Both the position numbers and the translations under genes were made by a program. A DNA stretch of 64,000 bases from Carcharhinus amblyrhynchos (lineage: Eukaryota), in assembly GCA_965287045.1 (NCBI GenBank), contig OZ336890.1, positions 34,968,001-35,032,000 of the forward strand, given 5' to 3'. Of this stretch, positions 25,487 through 38,240 are shown piece after piece. Each line of letters begins with the position of its first letter. The stretch's first letter is position 1. The notes under the pieces were generated by a model. It saw nothing but the letters and a program-made list of their open reading frames with translations, was not told where the DNA came from and searched no databases.

Positions 25487-25772
25487 TATAGAATCCTAAC
25501 AATGCAGAAGGAGGCCATTCAGCCCATTGAGCCTGCCCTGACAACTATCACACTCAGGTTTTATCCCCGTAACCCCACATATTTAGCTGCTAATCCTCCT
25601 GACACCAAGGGGCAATTTAACACAGCCAATCCACCTAACCTGCACATCTTTGGCTTGTGGGAGGAAATTGGAGCACCTGGAAGAAACCCACACAGACACG
25701 GGAAGAACATGCAAACTCTACACAGACAGACACCCAAGACCGGAATTGAACTCGGGTCCCTGGCGCTGTGAC
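25487..25772 (-). mobile_element. HE1/V-SINE type A
   Basis: Tail, V-domain and B box present; A box missing. Confidence 0.9.
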
Positions 25773-25859
25773 AACATGTCACTCCTTTAAAATCTTTTAA
25801 TGTGATTGGCTAGTCGAACAGCCTGATGACATCGCTGCTGTTCTACACTGGGAATGACC

Positions 25860-27506
25860 AAGACAAAGAACAATGCAATCAGTTACATGGAGAGGCACAG
25901 ATACAAGAGTAAGCAGAGCTGCCTAGTAGCAATAGAGTGAACAGTTTGGCATCAGTACATAGTGTTGAAGATTTTCCTGAGAGTGATTGGAACCTTCTTC
26001 AGATGAATAATGTAAAAACGGGCAAGGTAGCACTCATTACAATAGCGTTATTGGTCAAAGGCAAAGCATTAAGAGCTAAGTAGCCACAGGAGTGTCTGCT
26101 GCAGACCTACCGATATTTCAGAGAAGGGTTCAGCCTCTGCGTTTGAAGAATACATCAACTAAATAGGCCAACTACAAGAGAGACCATTAAGATAGCGGGG
26201 TTGACCAAAACACTGGTCAGTTATGCTCAACAATATTCCCAATTTCCATTAATCTGGTAGTTAGGGCCAAGTCTAATGGGGTGTGATTGGCTTCAAGAAT
26301 TTAAGCTAAACTGGTTGAAGATGTTCAAATCTAAGGGAAGAGGCTTGCACAAAGTAATGTGGAACTATCGGGACACTTTTTAAGATGAACTTGGAAAAAT
26401 TAAAGACTTAAAGGCAAAAATTCACATAGACCCAAAAATTATTCCAAACTTTTTCAGTCTAGACCTGTGCCCTATACTTTGCTGTAGAAAATTAAAACCA
26501 ACCTATAAAGACTAGAAAAACTAAGTATAATTTAGCCAGTTCAGTTTGCAAAATGGGCAACCACTATACTGCCTGTGGTAAAATCAACCACAACAGCCCG
26601 TGTCTGTGGAGACAATTAATAGTAAACCAGGCAGCAAAACTGGACAAATAACTTATAACCAAAGTAGAGGATTTATATGCGAGAGTGGCTGGATGACTGT
26701 CATATATGAAATTAAATATGAGTCATGCATTTCAACAGTTGGAGTTGGATGATGCTTCCTGAGGCTACATGACTATTAACGTTCACAAGGGATTATATCA
26801 ATATATATGCTTACCTTTCAGTGTTTCATCAGCTTGTGTCATACTTGAAAGAACCACAGAAGGTTTGTTACTGCGTATTGTTTTATATTTGGATGACATA
26901 TTATTGACTGGTGCAACTGAAGAAGAATGCTTGAAGAATCTAGGAGAAGTGCCGAGAAGATTTCAGGAGGTGGAAGTTCACCTAAAAAGAGAAAAGTGCA
27001 CTTTGCTGGCCAGAGAAATGGCTTACATCGGCTACCGTGTCGATGTCCAGGGATTACATCCTATGGAGGACAGGGTAAGGGCAATCAAGGAGGCACCAGC
27101 TCCGAAGAACGCCCCAGAGCTTAAATCATTCCTGGGGATGGTTAATTATTACAGGCGTTTCCTGCTAAATCCATCAACATTACTGGCTCCCTCCCACGCG
27201 CTGCTGAAGAAACACCAGAAACAGTTGAGGAAAGCACTCAGCGAGCAACATTTTGTCAGGCCAAGCAACTCTTACCTCTTGCCTATCGGTACATTTTGAA
27301 CATTCCAAAAGGTTACTGCTAATGTGTGATGAATTCCCATACAACGTGGGGGCAGTTTAATCTTACAGAATGGATAATGGGTCTGAGAGGCCCACTGCAT
27401 GCGTGTTGAGAACCCTTTCAGAAGCTGAGAAAGGTTTTTCACAGATAGACAAAGGAAGGCAGTTATGTATGGAGTGGAAAAATTCCACCAGTATGTCTAC
27501 AGAAGT
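25860..27506 (+). mobile_element. Ty3/Gypsy pol pseudogene fragment (protease, RT, RNase H)
   Basis: GPSLMGCDWL, GLYQYICLPFSVSSA, LYLDDILLTG, LKSFLGMVNYY, ERPTACVLRTLSEAEKGFSQIDK; many stops; no LTRs recognised. Confidence 0.92.
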
Positions 27507-27894
27507 GGGGCAGCATGGTGGCACAGTGGTTAGCACTGCTGCTTCACAGCGCAATTGAATTCCACTTCAATTCAAGCAGAATTGAAATGAATTCTGGAAT
27601 TCAATTCAGTTCCGGAATGGAACAGAAGGGTTCAATTCCAATCTCGGGTCACTGTCTTTGTGGAATTTGCACATTCTTCCCGTGTCTGCGTGGGTTTCCT
27701 CCAGGTGCTCCGGTTTCCTCCCACGATCCAAAGATGTGCGAGTTAGGTTAATTGGCCTTGCTAAATTGACCCAAGTGTCATGGGATTAGCAGGGTAAATA
27801 TATGGGGTTACAGGTATAGGGCCTGGGTGGGATTGTGGTCAGTGGAGACTCGATGAGCCAAATGGCCTCCTTTTGCTCTGTAGGGGTTCTATGA
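27507..27894 (+). mobile_element. HE1/V-SINE type A with a 75-bp patchwork insert
   Basis: Normal head and body with extra AATTC/GAATT-rich sequence at 27553-27627. Confidence 0.92.
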
Positions 27895-27904
27895 AGACAT
27901 TTTA

Positions 27905-28437
27905 AGAACATAAGAACATAAGAAATAGAAGCAGGAGTAGGCCATCTAGACCTTCGAGCCTGCCCCGCCATTCAATAAGATCATGGCTGATCTGAAGTGG
28001 CTCAGTTCTACTTTCCCACTTTTTCCCCATAACCCTTAATTCCCTTGTCTGTCAAAAACCTATCTACCCGTGTCTTAAATATATTTAGCGAGGTAGCCTC
28101 CACCACTTCAACGGGCAGGGAATTCCAGAGATTCACCACCCTTTGAGTGAAGAAGTTCCTCCTCAACTCTGTTCTAAACTGCCCCTCCCTTATCTTGAGG
28201 CTGTGCCCTCTAGTCCTGCTGTCCTTTCTGAGCGGGAAGAATCTCTCTACCTCTACCCTATCCATCCCTTTCATTATCTTATATGTCTCCATAAGATCCC
28301 CCCTCATCCTTCTAAACTCCAACAAGCACAGACCCAGTCTATTTAGTCTCTCTTCATAGTCTAACCCCGTCATCTCCAGTATCAGCCTAGTGAACCTCCT
28401 CTGCACTCCCTCCAAGGTCAAAATATCCTTGCGCAAG
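27905..28437 (-). mobile_element. Young CR1 3' fragment
   Basis: LRKDILTLEGVQRRFTRLI..RNFFTQRVVNLWNSLP; (aagaacat)n tail. Confidence 0.95.
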
Positions 28438-30620
28438 TGTAACAATTTTGTAACAAGTTGTAACACACTACTAATTGGTGCTTGAATGAGTGTGCTGCCA
28501 TGGTTTCACAACCGTATATTTCAGTATGTTGTCTTCCAAATACCCTACTAATTGAGTGTATAATCTGTTGTTTGGAATTCCCTTTTCCACGAAAACTTGG
28601 GGAAAAGCAACAAAATGGCCAGATTTTTTCCTTTTCTTCACGTGGGACTATTGGATTTTCATTAAACAATGAGCATAGAAGGACGTGAATGGGAGGAACT
28701 CATGCCCCTAATTAAACCCCCCTCAACCTCTGATATTACACTCAAATGCTTAAATGTGAAGAAAAATCTGACTTACTCCCTTACAGGCATTCACTTCTCC
28801 CAACCTGACTTCCCTGTATTCATGGCTTCCGGACAATTCCACAGCCCTGGGCACAAGCACAGTAAAACCTCCCCGAGGGCATTTTCCACACCATTAAACT
28901 GCTGGATTCCAGTTTTAATTCTAGTGTCAAAGTTCAAGTTGCCACCCATGGTTAAGAAATTTCTGAAGACAGTCAATATAAAAATATTCTGATGACTCAT
29001 GAAGCACAATAGCCACTTGGTACAAAATGCTTGTCCGCAAATCACCAGCTGTGTTACATGGGCGTTATTGATGTAGGAAAGCAAGCGCTGTGGAACATCA
29101 AACTGTCAACAAAAGAAATTATCTTTAGTCAAAACCACACTAATTTCACTGTTGCAATGCAAGCACAATGAAACAATTCATTGAGCATTTAACTGATAAT
29201 CGAGCGAATAGCTTAATCCGATAAACTTTAAGAGATTCAGCAACTCATGGAGTACAGTTTTCAATGAATGTAGACTGAACAGAACACCTGAACATTGCTG
29301 TGGTCCATGGATTTATAATTTCTAGTATCCTTCCCCAGTGTAACCACTATGCACATTTGGAAAGTTTTTATTTTGTAATGAGATCGCAATGATTAATATC
29401 ATAAATGGTTTTGTGTCATAAATTTCAACAAGTCATATCTAGACCCATTTTGAGATTGGAAGTGGCATTGCAAAGGTATGACAGTAATATATGAATGTAG
29501 TGTGAAATCTTTCCAATTTATTTAGTGCTCCCAAGGGAAGTGGCTAACTTCGGGTAAACCTTCCACGAAGACAAAGTTGAGAGCGATTTTCTTTGACATC
29601 TGAAGGCAATCATGTGACGATTTCAGAATATCTACTGAACACATTCTTTATCATTCATCCCTAACTGAAAATAAGAAGATTGAAGCAAAAGTCTTCATTT
29701 TATGACCCTCATTAATAAGCACCCCTGCAAAAAGACTTTCATTTTAACTTTGCCTGTGTGTCTTTAATGGCAACTATTTCATAAAAGGGTCTGCAGTCTA
29801 AGAGAGAAAACTCCAGCTATTAAATCACCAGTATAAGGAAAGTGACCACTTTTATATGAGTACGCTGACATTTTACTGAACCTTGCATTCCTGAAAAATA
29901 ATGTATTTATTCATCACTGACAGAGGCGTTATTATATAACATCCTATTCTGATGATCTCATGGACTTTTTCATTGCATTTTGGGTTTATATGCTTCTAGA
30001 TAATTCTAATTTTAATATCCTGTCAGACGGTTGGAATTTCATCCCATACTGCTCCCATTGAAAATGTTTCAGGCAAGCACCCCTCAGAAGATGCACATTA
30101 CTGATGTACCAGCATGGCAGGATCTTTGCAGTTACATTGTCTTAGATTCCCTCTTAGCAATGAAGAAGCTGATATCAAAAAAAGCTGTTAGCAAAGTTCA
30201 AACTATTTGTGTGGTGAGGATTTCTCCTTGCTCCCTCCTCCCCCCCCCATCTTAATTTGAATCTGCCACCAAGGCAAGTGGAACTCCAGGCGTTTCAGCA
30301 ACTTTGATGTCTTTCAAGCAGGATAAATAGTCAATTACACTGAGGTATTCATACAGACAGCAAACTGGAAACCTGAAAGCATTGATTATCTATAACTTTT
30401 TAATTTCATTTTACGGAGAGTGAATAAAGGATTCAAACAGACATATGGGGTTGTGGTAGAAACTGAAATCTTTTAAACAAACTTTAAATAATCATTAAAA
30501 AATGTGGGTTTTCAAAATCATAATAGAGAATTTATTCAGTTTATGTGCATAAAATTTGTTTTTCAGGATTGATGAGGTTGTTTAGCTTTAATATGCTATT
30601 ATAAACTTTGTTATATCCGA

Positions 30621-30910
30621 GGGGCAGCATGATTGCACAGTGGTTAGCACTGCTGCCTTATGGTGCCAGGGTTCAATTCCTGGCTTGGGTCACTGTCTGC
30701 GTGGACAATCTCCCTATGTTTGTGTGAGTTTCTTTTGGGTGCTCTAGTTTCCTCCCACAGTCTGAAAGATGTGCCTGTTAGGTACATTGGCCTTGTTAAA
30801 TTCACCCTCAGTATATCTGAACAAGCGCAGGAGTGTGGCGACTAGGGATTTTCACAGTAGCTTCACTGCAATGTTAATGTAAGCTTACTTGTAACACTAA
30901 TATATAAACG
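30621..30910 (+). mobile_element. HE1/V-SINE type B
   Basis: Head cagtggttagcactgctgcc, V-domain, type B tail. Confidence 0.9.
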
Positions 30911-31048
30911 TCAACCTCTTCTCAAAGGTTTTTATAATCACACACGTAGTGGAAGTTCTCACCAGTTTATTGATTCCAAATTAATTATAGTTGAGAGAAG
31001 TATAGAATCACTGATAGTGACTTCTGAAATTTTACATTTAACTGATCT

Positions 31049-31445
31049 AATTTGATTTGATTTATTACTGTCACTGTTTTAACATACAATGAAAAGTATT
31101 GCTCTTGAGAAAGAAATAAGACAGTGCTGAGTGTGGTGTTACAGTCATAGCTAGGGTGTGGAGAAAGATCAATGCAAGGTAAGTCCATTCAAAAGTCTGA
31201 CAGAGTGGGGAAGAAGCTGTTCTTGAGTCAGTTGGTACATGACCTCAGACTTTTGTATCTTTTTCCTGACGGAAGAAGGTGAAAGAGAGGATGTCTGGGA
31301 TGCATGGGGTCCTTAATTATGCTGGCTGCTTTTCCGAGTCAGCGTCAATGGATGGGAGACTGGTTTGCGCGATGGATTGGGTTACATTCACGACCTTTTG
31401 AAGTTTCTTCTGATCTTGGGCAGAGCAGGAGCCATGCCAAGCTGA
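31049..31445 (-). mobile_element. Rex1-type LINE 3' fragment
   Basis: Reverse complement matches 7510-7890; (atttg)n end. Confidence 0.9.
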
Positions 31446-31485
31446 TCACACACAAACTCAAAAGTTGCTGCCCATTTTAGATTCA

Positions 31486-31655
31486 GATGCGGGATTTTCT
31501 GGCCCTTCACAACAGTAGGGTCCTTCGGTTCTGCCAAGAACCCCCTGTGTGGTACCGTAGACCTTGGCGAGACAGGAAGACCTTGATGGCCGCTAATGTT
31601 GAGTCCCCTCCACCATCAGAAAACATGCCATGGAGAGGGCTGAAAAATCCTTACT
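31486..31655. mobile_element. TIR element
   Basis: gcgggattttctggccct and agggctgaaaaatcc are inverted ends. Confidence 0.6.
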
Positions 31656-31710
31656 CGACAGTTTTTCTGCCATTCCTACCGCAAAATCCTATCCCTGCAC
31701 TGAAATATCT

Positions 31711-31920
31711 GGAGCGAGATTCTCCGGCCTCCCAATCACCTGTTTCCCACCAGCAGGAGGTAGCAAATTGTTTGCCAGTGGCAGGATTCTCTGGTCCCAC
31801 TATTGTCAATGGGAATTCCCATTGATGTCGCCCCACACTGGCGGGAGTCTCACGGGTGAGGGTGCGCTGCCGGCGGGACAGGAGAATCCCATCATCGTGA
31901 ATAGCCGAAGAATTCAGGCC
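31711..31920. mobile_element. TIR element
   Basis: ggagcgagattctccggc and gccgaagaattcaggccc; internal palindrome caatgggaattcccattg; possible CTG flanks. Confidence 0.65.
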
Positions 31921-32513
31921 CTGACGTAAAACATACATTTCGACACAGGTGAGAGGACAATTTTCTTTGTCAAAGGATTCTAATTAAAAAAATGAAACGG
32001 AGATTCATTAACCAACTCTGTGTATTGTAAGTGAAACATTATTATTTATTATTGCTTCTTTAAATTGCATATCAATTATTTTCTGAGTAAGCCTCGTTGC
32101 CACATCTTGGGAGAGGCTCCTTTGAATAACTTGTAACCCAGCCAATCACTGCTGTTGCATCATAAGTTTCCTCCACTTAAATAATGGTTATTCTTCATTT
32201 GCTAAAGAACATTCCGAGATTGTAAAAAAAGCAACATAAATCCATCAGTCATTCATGATCTAAACAGCGAATTTTGAAAAATGAAAGAAAAATCTATCCT
32301 ATTGTGAAAATATCTTCTTCTTTGCAAAGTCAACCAATAGGGAAACATTTTCAATTATCATTCTCATTCTTCATTGCACCAAATCTCAGATTTAACCTCA
32401 ATGAATAGAAATGCAAATGTCACAAATGAGGCATTTCACAAACTAACCTTGAATTTTGCTTACCCCTTCAGGAAATTGGTGTGACACATTCACATGTGTT
32501 TGGTTTTTGGATG

Positions 32514-32820
32514 AACATACAACATAGGAACATGAGTAGGCTGCTTGGTCCCTCCAGCCTGCTACGCCGTTCAGTAAAATCATGGCTGCTCTAATTATAA
32601 TTTCAATTCCATATTCCTGCCTACCGCCAATGACCTTTCGCCCTCTTGCCAATCAAGCATCCATTTATCTCTGCCTTTAAAACATTCAGACACTGCTTCC
32701 GCTGCCTTTTGATGAAGAGATTTCCAAAGGCTCATGATTCTGAGAGAAAAATAGCTCCTCAACTCTGTCTAAAATGGACAATCCTTTATTTTTAAGCAAC
32801 GGCTAGTATAGTTTCTTACA
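32514..32820 (-). mobile_element. Old CR1 3' fragment
   Basis: aacataggaacatgagtaggc..catggctgc..tctgccttt..tttccaaag CR1 3' UTR pattern. Confidence 0.75.
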
Positions 32821-33213
32821 ACGATGGACATCCTAGGCTAGTGAGTGAGCCGCGGGAATGACCTCCTTCATCTCAATAGGCCACAAGTTTGAAATCAGGC
32901 ATGTTCACGAAACATGACCCCATGAATAAGTATAAGTACATTTAATACAAGCCAAATATTTCATAAAGACTTATAGCAAATGCTTAATCATTTTAATATG
33001 TTAATATCATCAACTTCAAATGGTTAAAAACAAAAGTAGGTTGTGGAGGGAGCGCACGATTCTCACAGTCAATGTGAGCAATCAGCACTCACCTCACTTC
33101 GCGTGCCCTTGCTTTATCATTTCAACCATACCAATAGGAAAAAAATTTTGTGGACAGAAATCAGTAGAGTGTGGCAGCCCTGCGCAAGGGTAACGGTCTA
33201 CAAAATGTCCCAC

Positions 33214-36063
33214 GGGCCATACTCAGAAACCAGATAGGCCACACTCAGAACCCAGATAGGCTGCACTCAGAACCCAGATGGGCAGCACTCAGAACCTAGA
33301 GGAGCCGCACTCAGAACCCAGATAGGCTGCACTCAGAACCTAGAGGAGCCGCACTCAGAACCCAGATGGGCAGCACTCAGAACCTGGAGGAGCTGCACTC
33401 AGAATCCAGATGGTCTGCACTCAGAATCCAGATGGTCTGCCCTCAGAATCCAGATGGTCTGCCCTCAGAATCCAGATGGTCTGCCCTCAGAACCCAGATG
33501 GGCCGCATTCAGAACCCAGATGGGCCGCACTCAGAACCCAGATGGGCTGCATTCAGAACCCAGATGGGCCGCCCTCAGAACCCAGAGGGGCTGCACTCAG
33601 AACCCAGAGGGACCGCCCTCAGAACCCAGATGGGCTGCATTCAGAACCCAGATGGGCCGCCCTCAGAACCCAGATGGGCTGCATTCAGAACCCAGGTGGG
33701 CCGCCCTCAGAACCCAGATGGGCCGCCCTCAGAACCCAGATGGGCCGCATTCAGAACCCAGATGGGCCGCCCTCAGAACCCAGATGGGCCGCACTCAGAA
33801 CCCAGATGGGCCGCCCTCAGAACCCAGATGGGCTGCACTCAGAACCCAGATGGGCCACACTCAGAACCCAGATGGGCTGCATTCAGAACCCAGATGGGCC
33901 GCACTCAGAACCCAGATGGGCCACACTCAGAACCCAGATGGGCCGCATTCAGAACCCAGATGGGCCGCACTCAGAACCCAGATGGGCCACACTCAGAACC
34001 CAGATGGGCTGCATTCAGAACCCAGGTGGGCCGCCCTCAGAACCCAGATGGGCTGCACTCAGAACCCAGATGGGCCACACTCAGAACCCAGATGGGCTGC
34101 ATTCAGAACCCAGATGGGCCGCCCTCAGAACCCAGATGGGCTGCACTCAGAACCCAGATGGGCCACACTCAGAACCCAGATGGGCTGCATTCAGAACCCA
34201 GATGGGCCGCACTCAGAACCCAGATGGGCCACACTCAGAACCCAGATGGGCCGCATTCAGAACCCAGATGGGCCGCACTCAGAACCCAGATGGGCCACAC
34301 TCAGAACCCAGATGGGCCGCATTCAGAACCCAGATGGGCCGCACTCAGAACCCAGATGGGCCGCTCTCAGAACCCAGATGGGCCGCATTCAGAACCCAGA
34401 TGGGCCGCACTCGGAACCCAGATGGGCCGCACTCAGAACCCAGATGGGCCGCATTCAGAACCCAGATGGGCCGCACTCAGAACCCAGATGGGCCGCACTC
34501 GGAACCCAGATGGGCCGCACTCAGAACCCAGATGGGCTGCATTCAGAACCCAGATGGGCCGCACTCAGAACCCAGATGGGCCGCACTCAGAACCCAGATG
34601 GGCAGCGTTCAGAACCCAGATGGGCCGCACTCGGAACCCAGATGGGCCGCCCTCAGAACCCAGATGGGCAGCGTTCAGAACCCAGATGGGCCGCTTTCAG
34701 AACCCAGATGGGCCGCACTCAGAACCCAGATGGGCCACACTCAGAACCCAGATGGGCCGCATTCAGAACCCAGATGGGCCGCACTCGGAACCCAGATGGG
34801 CCGCATTCAGAACCCAGATGGGCCGCATTCAGAACCCAGATGGGCCGCATTCAGAACCCAGATGGGCCGCATTCAGAACCCAGATGGGCCGCATTCAGAA
34901 CCCAGATGAGCCGCATTCAGAACCCAGATGGGCCGCATTCAGAACCCAGAGGGGCCGCACTCAGAACCCAGATGGGCTGCATTCAGAACCCAGATGGGCC
35001 GCACTCGGAACCCAGATGGGCCGCATTCAGAACCCAGATGGGCCGCACTCAGAATCCAGATGGGCCGCACTCAGAACCCAGATGGGCCGCATTCAGAACC
35101 CAGATGGGCCGCACTCAGAATCCAGATGGGCCGCATTCAGAACCCAGGTGGGCCGCACTCAGAACCCAGATGGGCCGCCCTCAGAACCCAGATGGGCTGC
35201 ACTCAGAACCCAGATGGGCCGCATTCAGAACCCAGATGAGCCGCATTCAGAACCCAGATGGGCCGCATTCAGAACCCAGAGGGGCCGCACTCAGAACCCA
35301 GATGGGCTGCATTCAGAACCCAGATGGGCCGCACTCGGAACCCAGATGGGCCGCACTCAGAACCCAGATGGGCCACACTCAGAACCCAGATGGGCTGCAT
35401 TCAGAACCCAGATGGGCCGCATTCAGAACCCAGATGGGCCGCACTCAGAATCCAGATGGGCCGCACTCAGAACCCAGATGGGCCACACTCAGAACCCAGA
35501 TGGGCTGCACTCAGAACCCAGATGGGCTGCACTCAGAACCCAGATGGGCCGCCCTCAGAACCCAGAGGGGCCGCATTCAGAACCCAGAGGGACCGTACTC
35601 AGAACCCAGATGGGCTGCATTCAGAACCCAGAGGGGCCGCATTCAGAACCCAGAGGGACCGTACTCAGAACCCAGATGGGCTGCATTCAGAACCCAGATG
35701 GGCCGCATTCAGAACCCAGATGGGCCGCACTCAGAACCCAGGTGGGCCGCACTCAGAACCCAGATGGGCCGCATTCAGAACCCAGATGGGCCGCATTCAG
35801 AACCCAGAGGGGCCGCACTCAGAACCCAGATGGGCCGCATTCAGAACCCAGTTGGGCCGCCCTCAGAACCCAGATGGGCCGCATTCAGAACCCAGATGGG
35901 CCGCACTCAGAACCCAGAGGGACCGTACTCAGAACCCAGATGGGCCGCATTCAGAACCCAGATGGGCCACACTCAGAACCCAGATGGGCCGCACTCAGAA
36001 CCCAGATGGGCCGCACTCAGAACCCAGATGGGCCGCACTCAGAACCCAGATGGGCTGCATTCA
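33214..36063 (+). repeat. 22-bp minisatellite, about 130 units
   Basis: Tandem CACTCAGAACCCAGATGGGCCG with point variants; source of the 905, 889 and 499 aa ORFs. Confidence 0.98.
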
Positions 36064-36462
36064 AATGGGTTCCCCACCAATAATTTAATGTTTTTAATTC
36101 CAAGCATCTATCTATTTAAATGACCTATGCATATTGCACTCTCCTTATTTGGGCATCACCACGATAACGACATTGTCAGTTTGGAAGCTGCTCACTTCTA
36201 CCATTAGATGGAGCTTCACATGTTAAACTGCCATTATATAGTTTTAGAGACTTCAGACCCCCAAGAGAGAACGGAACTCTCCATCTACAAAATATAAGAA
36301 AACCACGTAAATCTATCTCTGCTTACTTTCCCATCTCATCCATCCTCTCTATAAATTATCCAACTATATTATTCCAACTCCATACAATTTTATGCCTTTC
36401 CTCTTCTTTCATTAACATTTAAATCAGCCACACAGAGATCAGTGGTAAATGCGATATTTTGA

Positions 36463-36550
36463 ATAGAATAGAATCCCTACAGTGCAGAAGGAGACTCTTC
36501 GGCCCATCGAGCCTGCACTGACAACTATGTCACCCAGGCCCTATTCCTAT
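36463..36550 (-). mobile_element. V-SINE type A tail fragment
   Basis: atagaatccctacagtgcagaagg..cacccaggccctatt. Confidence 0.8.
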
Positions 36551-36574
36551 ACCAGACTGGGTTTTCACCAAGTC

Positions 36575-37198
36575 AGAAATAGGAGCAGGAGTAGGCCATC
36601 CAGCCCTTCGAGCCTGCCCCACCATTCAATAAGATCATGGTTGATCTGTCGTGGCTCAGTTCCACATTCCCGCCCTCTCCCCATAACCCTTAATCCCCTC
36701 TCTTATCAAAAACCCATCAACCCGCGTCTTAAAAATATTTAGCGAGGCAGCCTCCACCACTTCAACGGGCAGAGAATTCCAGAGATTCGCCACCCTTTGA
36801 GTGAAGAAGTTCCTCCTCAACTCCGTTCTAAACCGCCCCCCTTTTATCTTGAGGCTGTGCCCCCTAGTCCTACTGTCTTTTTTGAGCGGGAAGAGCCTCT
36901 CCACCTCTATCCTATCCATCCCATTCATCATCTTATACGTCTCAATGAGATCTCCCCTCATTCTTCTAAACTCTAACGAGTACAAGCCTAGTTTATTCAG
37001 CCTCTCCTCATAGCTCAACCCCCTCAACTCCGGTATCAGCCTAGTAAACCTCCTCTGCACTCCCTCCAAGGCCAAAATATCTTTGCACAGGTGCGACGCC
37101 CAAAACTGCACACAGTACTCCAGCTGCGGCCTCACCAATGCCCTATACAGCTGCAGCAAGACCTCCCTATTTTTATATTCAATCCCCCTCGCTATGAA
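36575..37198 (-). mobile_element. Young CR1 3' fragment with an uninterrupted frame
   Basis: FIARGIEYKNREVLLQLYRALVRPQLEYCVQFW..NFFTQRVANLWNSLP; CpGs retained. Confidence 0.96.
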
Positions 37199-37199
37199 A

Positions 37200-38240
37200 T
37201 CCATCCCCATTCCCCAACCTAGCGGCTTCGTTGCAGGAATAGGCATGTTCCACTTCTCTGCAATTCTCATTGGAGCTGTGCCATGTTTTTAAAGTGCCAT
37301 ACATGATTAGTGGCCCCTCAGAAAGAGTTGCGAATCCCAGTCTGCATGAGGGCCCTTTTAAAAGGCAAGTTGCAAAAGTCCTCCCATATCCCCTGTACCA
37401 AGCTCTGCCCTTCCTCCTAACCCTGCGATCAAAAGTGGATCATTGAACCACTATATAGCATCTATAACCAAAAAAACCCAATAGTGTATATTGGGATGTA
37501 TGAAAAGAAAGTTTTAAAAATAATTAATTGATGTAGGGGCCATAGGCAAGCGCGAGAGGGCAGAATGTGGCCTGGGGGGCATGAGGGGCCATAGGGAGTG
37601 GTTGGAAGAGCAGAATTTGGGATACGGGACATGGGAAGTAGCTGAAGGCAGGAGATGGCATGGATTGGGATTGTTTGGCAGGTGATGCAGTGTGAGAGGT
37701 GAGGGTTGGAAGGTCTAAAGTTAAAATTTATTTATTAGTCACAAGTAAGGCTTACATTAACACGGCAATGAAGTTACTGTGAAATTCTCCTAGTTGCCAC
37801 ACACCGGCGGCTGGTCAGGTCAATGCATCTAACCCGCACATCTTTCAGATTGTGGGAGGAAACCAGAGTCCCCAGAGGAAACCCGTGCAGACATGAGGAG
37901 AATGTGCAAACTCCACATAGACAGTGACCTAAGCCAGGAATTGAACCCAGGTCCCTGGTGCTGGAGGCAGCAGTGCTAACCACTATGCCACTGTATGTAT
38001 TTTCATTCCAGCTGCGACAAAGTCCCACAGCACCAAGGGGCTTTGAAACTGCTCACCTCCACACGTGGCAGCCCCTCAGCCTCCAAAGCCCCTTCCTTGG
38101 TTGACTGGCCTGATTCCAGCCCGACACGCCCACTCCAGCAACCAAGATCCAGCCTTTGTGGTCACTTTATCCCGAGGCGGATGGAGCCAAGCTGGGCCGA
38201 GCCGAGATTTTTCCTGATTCGGAGGTTGAAAATCCATCCA
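37200..38240. mobile_element. GC-rich repeat ending in the TIR-family motif, interrupted by a SINE
   Basis: Right end ggttgaaaatccatcc; possible left end gactgggttttcacc near 36554, separated by the CR1. Confidence 0.4.
37716..37992 (-). mobile_element. HE1/V-SINE type B
   Basis: Type B tail, V-domain and head. Confidence 0.9.

Noticed and set aside
26769-27299. 176 aa RT ORF as a domesticated Gypsy gene
   Set aside because: Surrounding pol sequence has many stops and deletions.
33366-36123. 905, 889 and 499 aa ORFs as a gene, or the array as CRISPR
   Set aside because: Pure 22-bp tandem repeat with no unique domain and no spacers; eukaryotic context with no cas genes.
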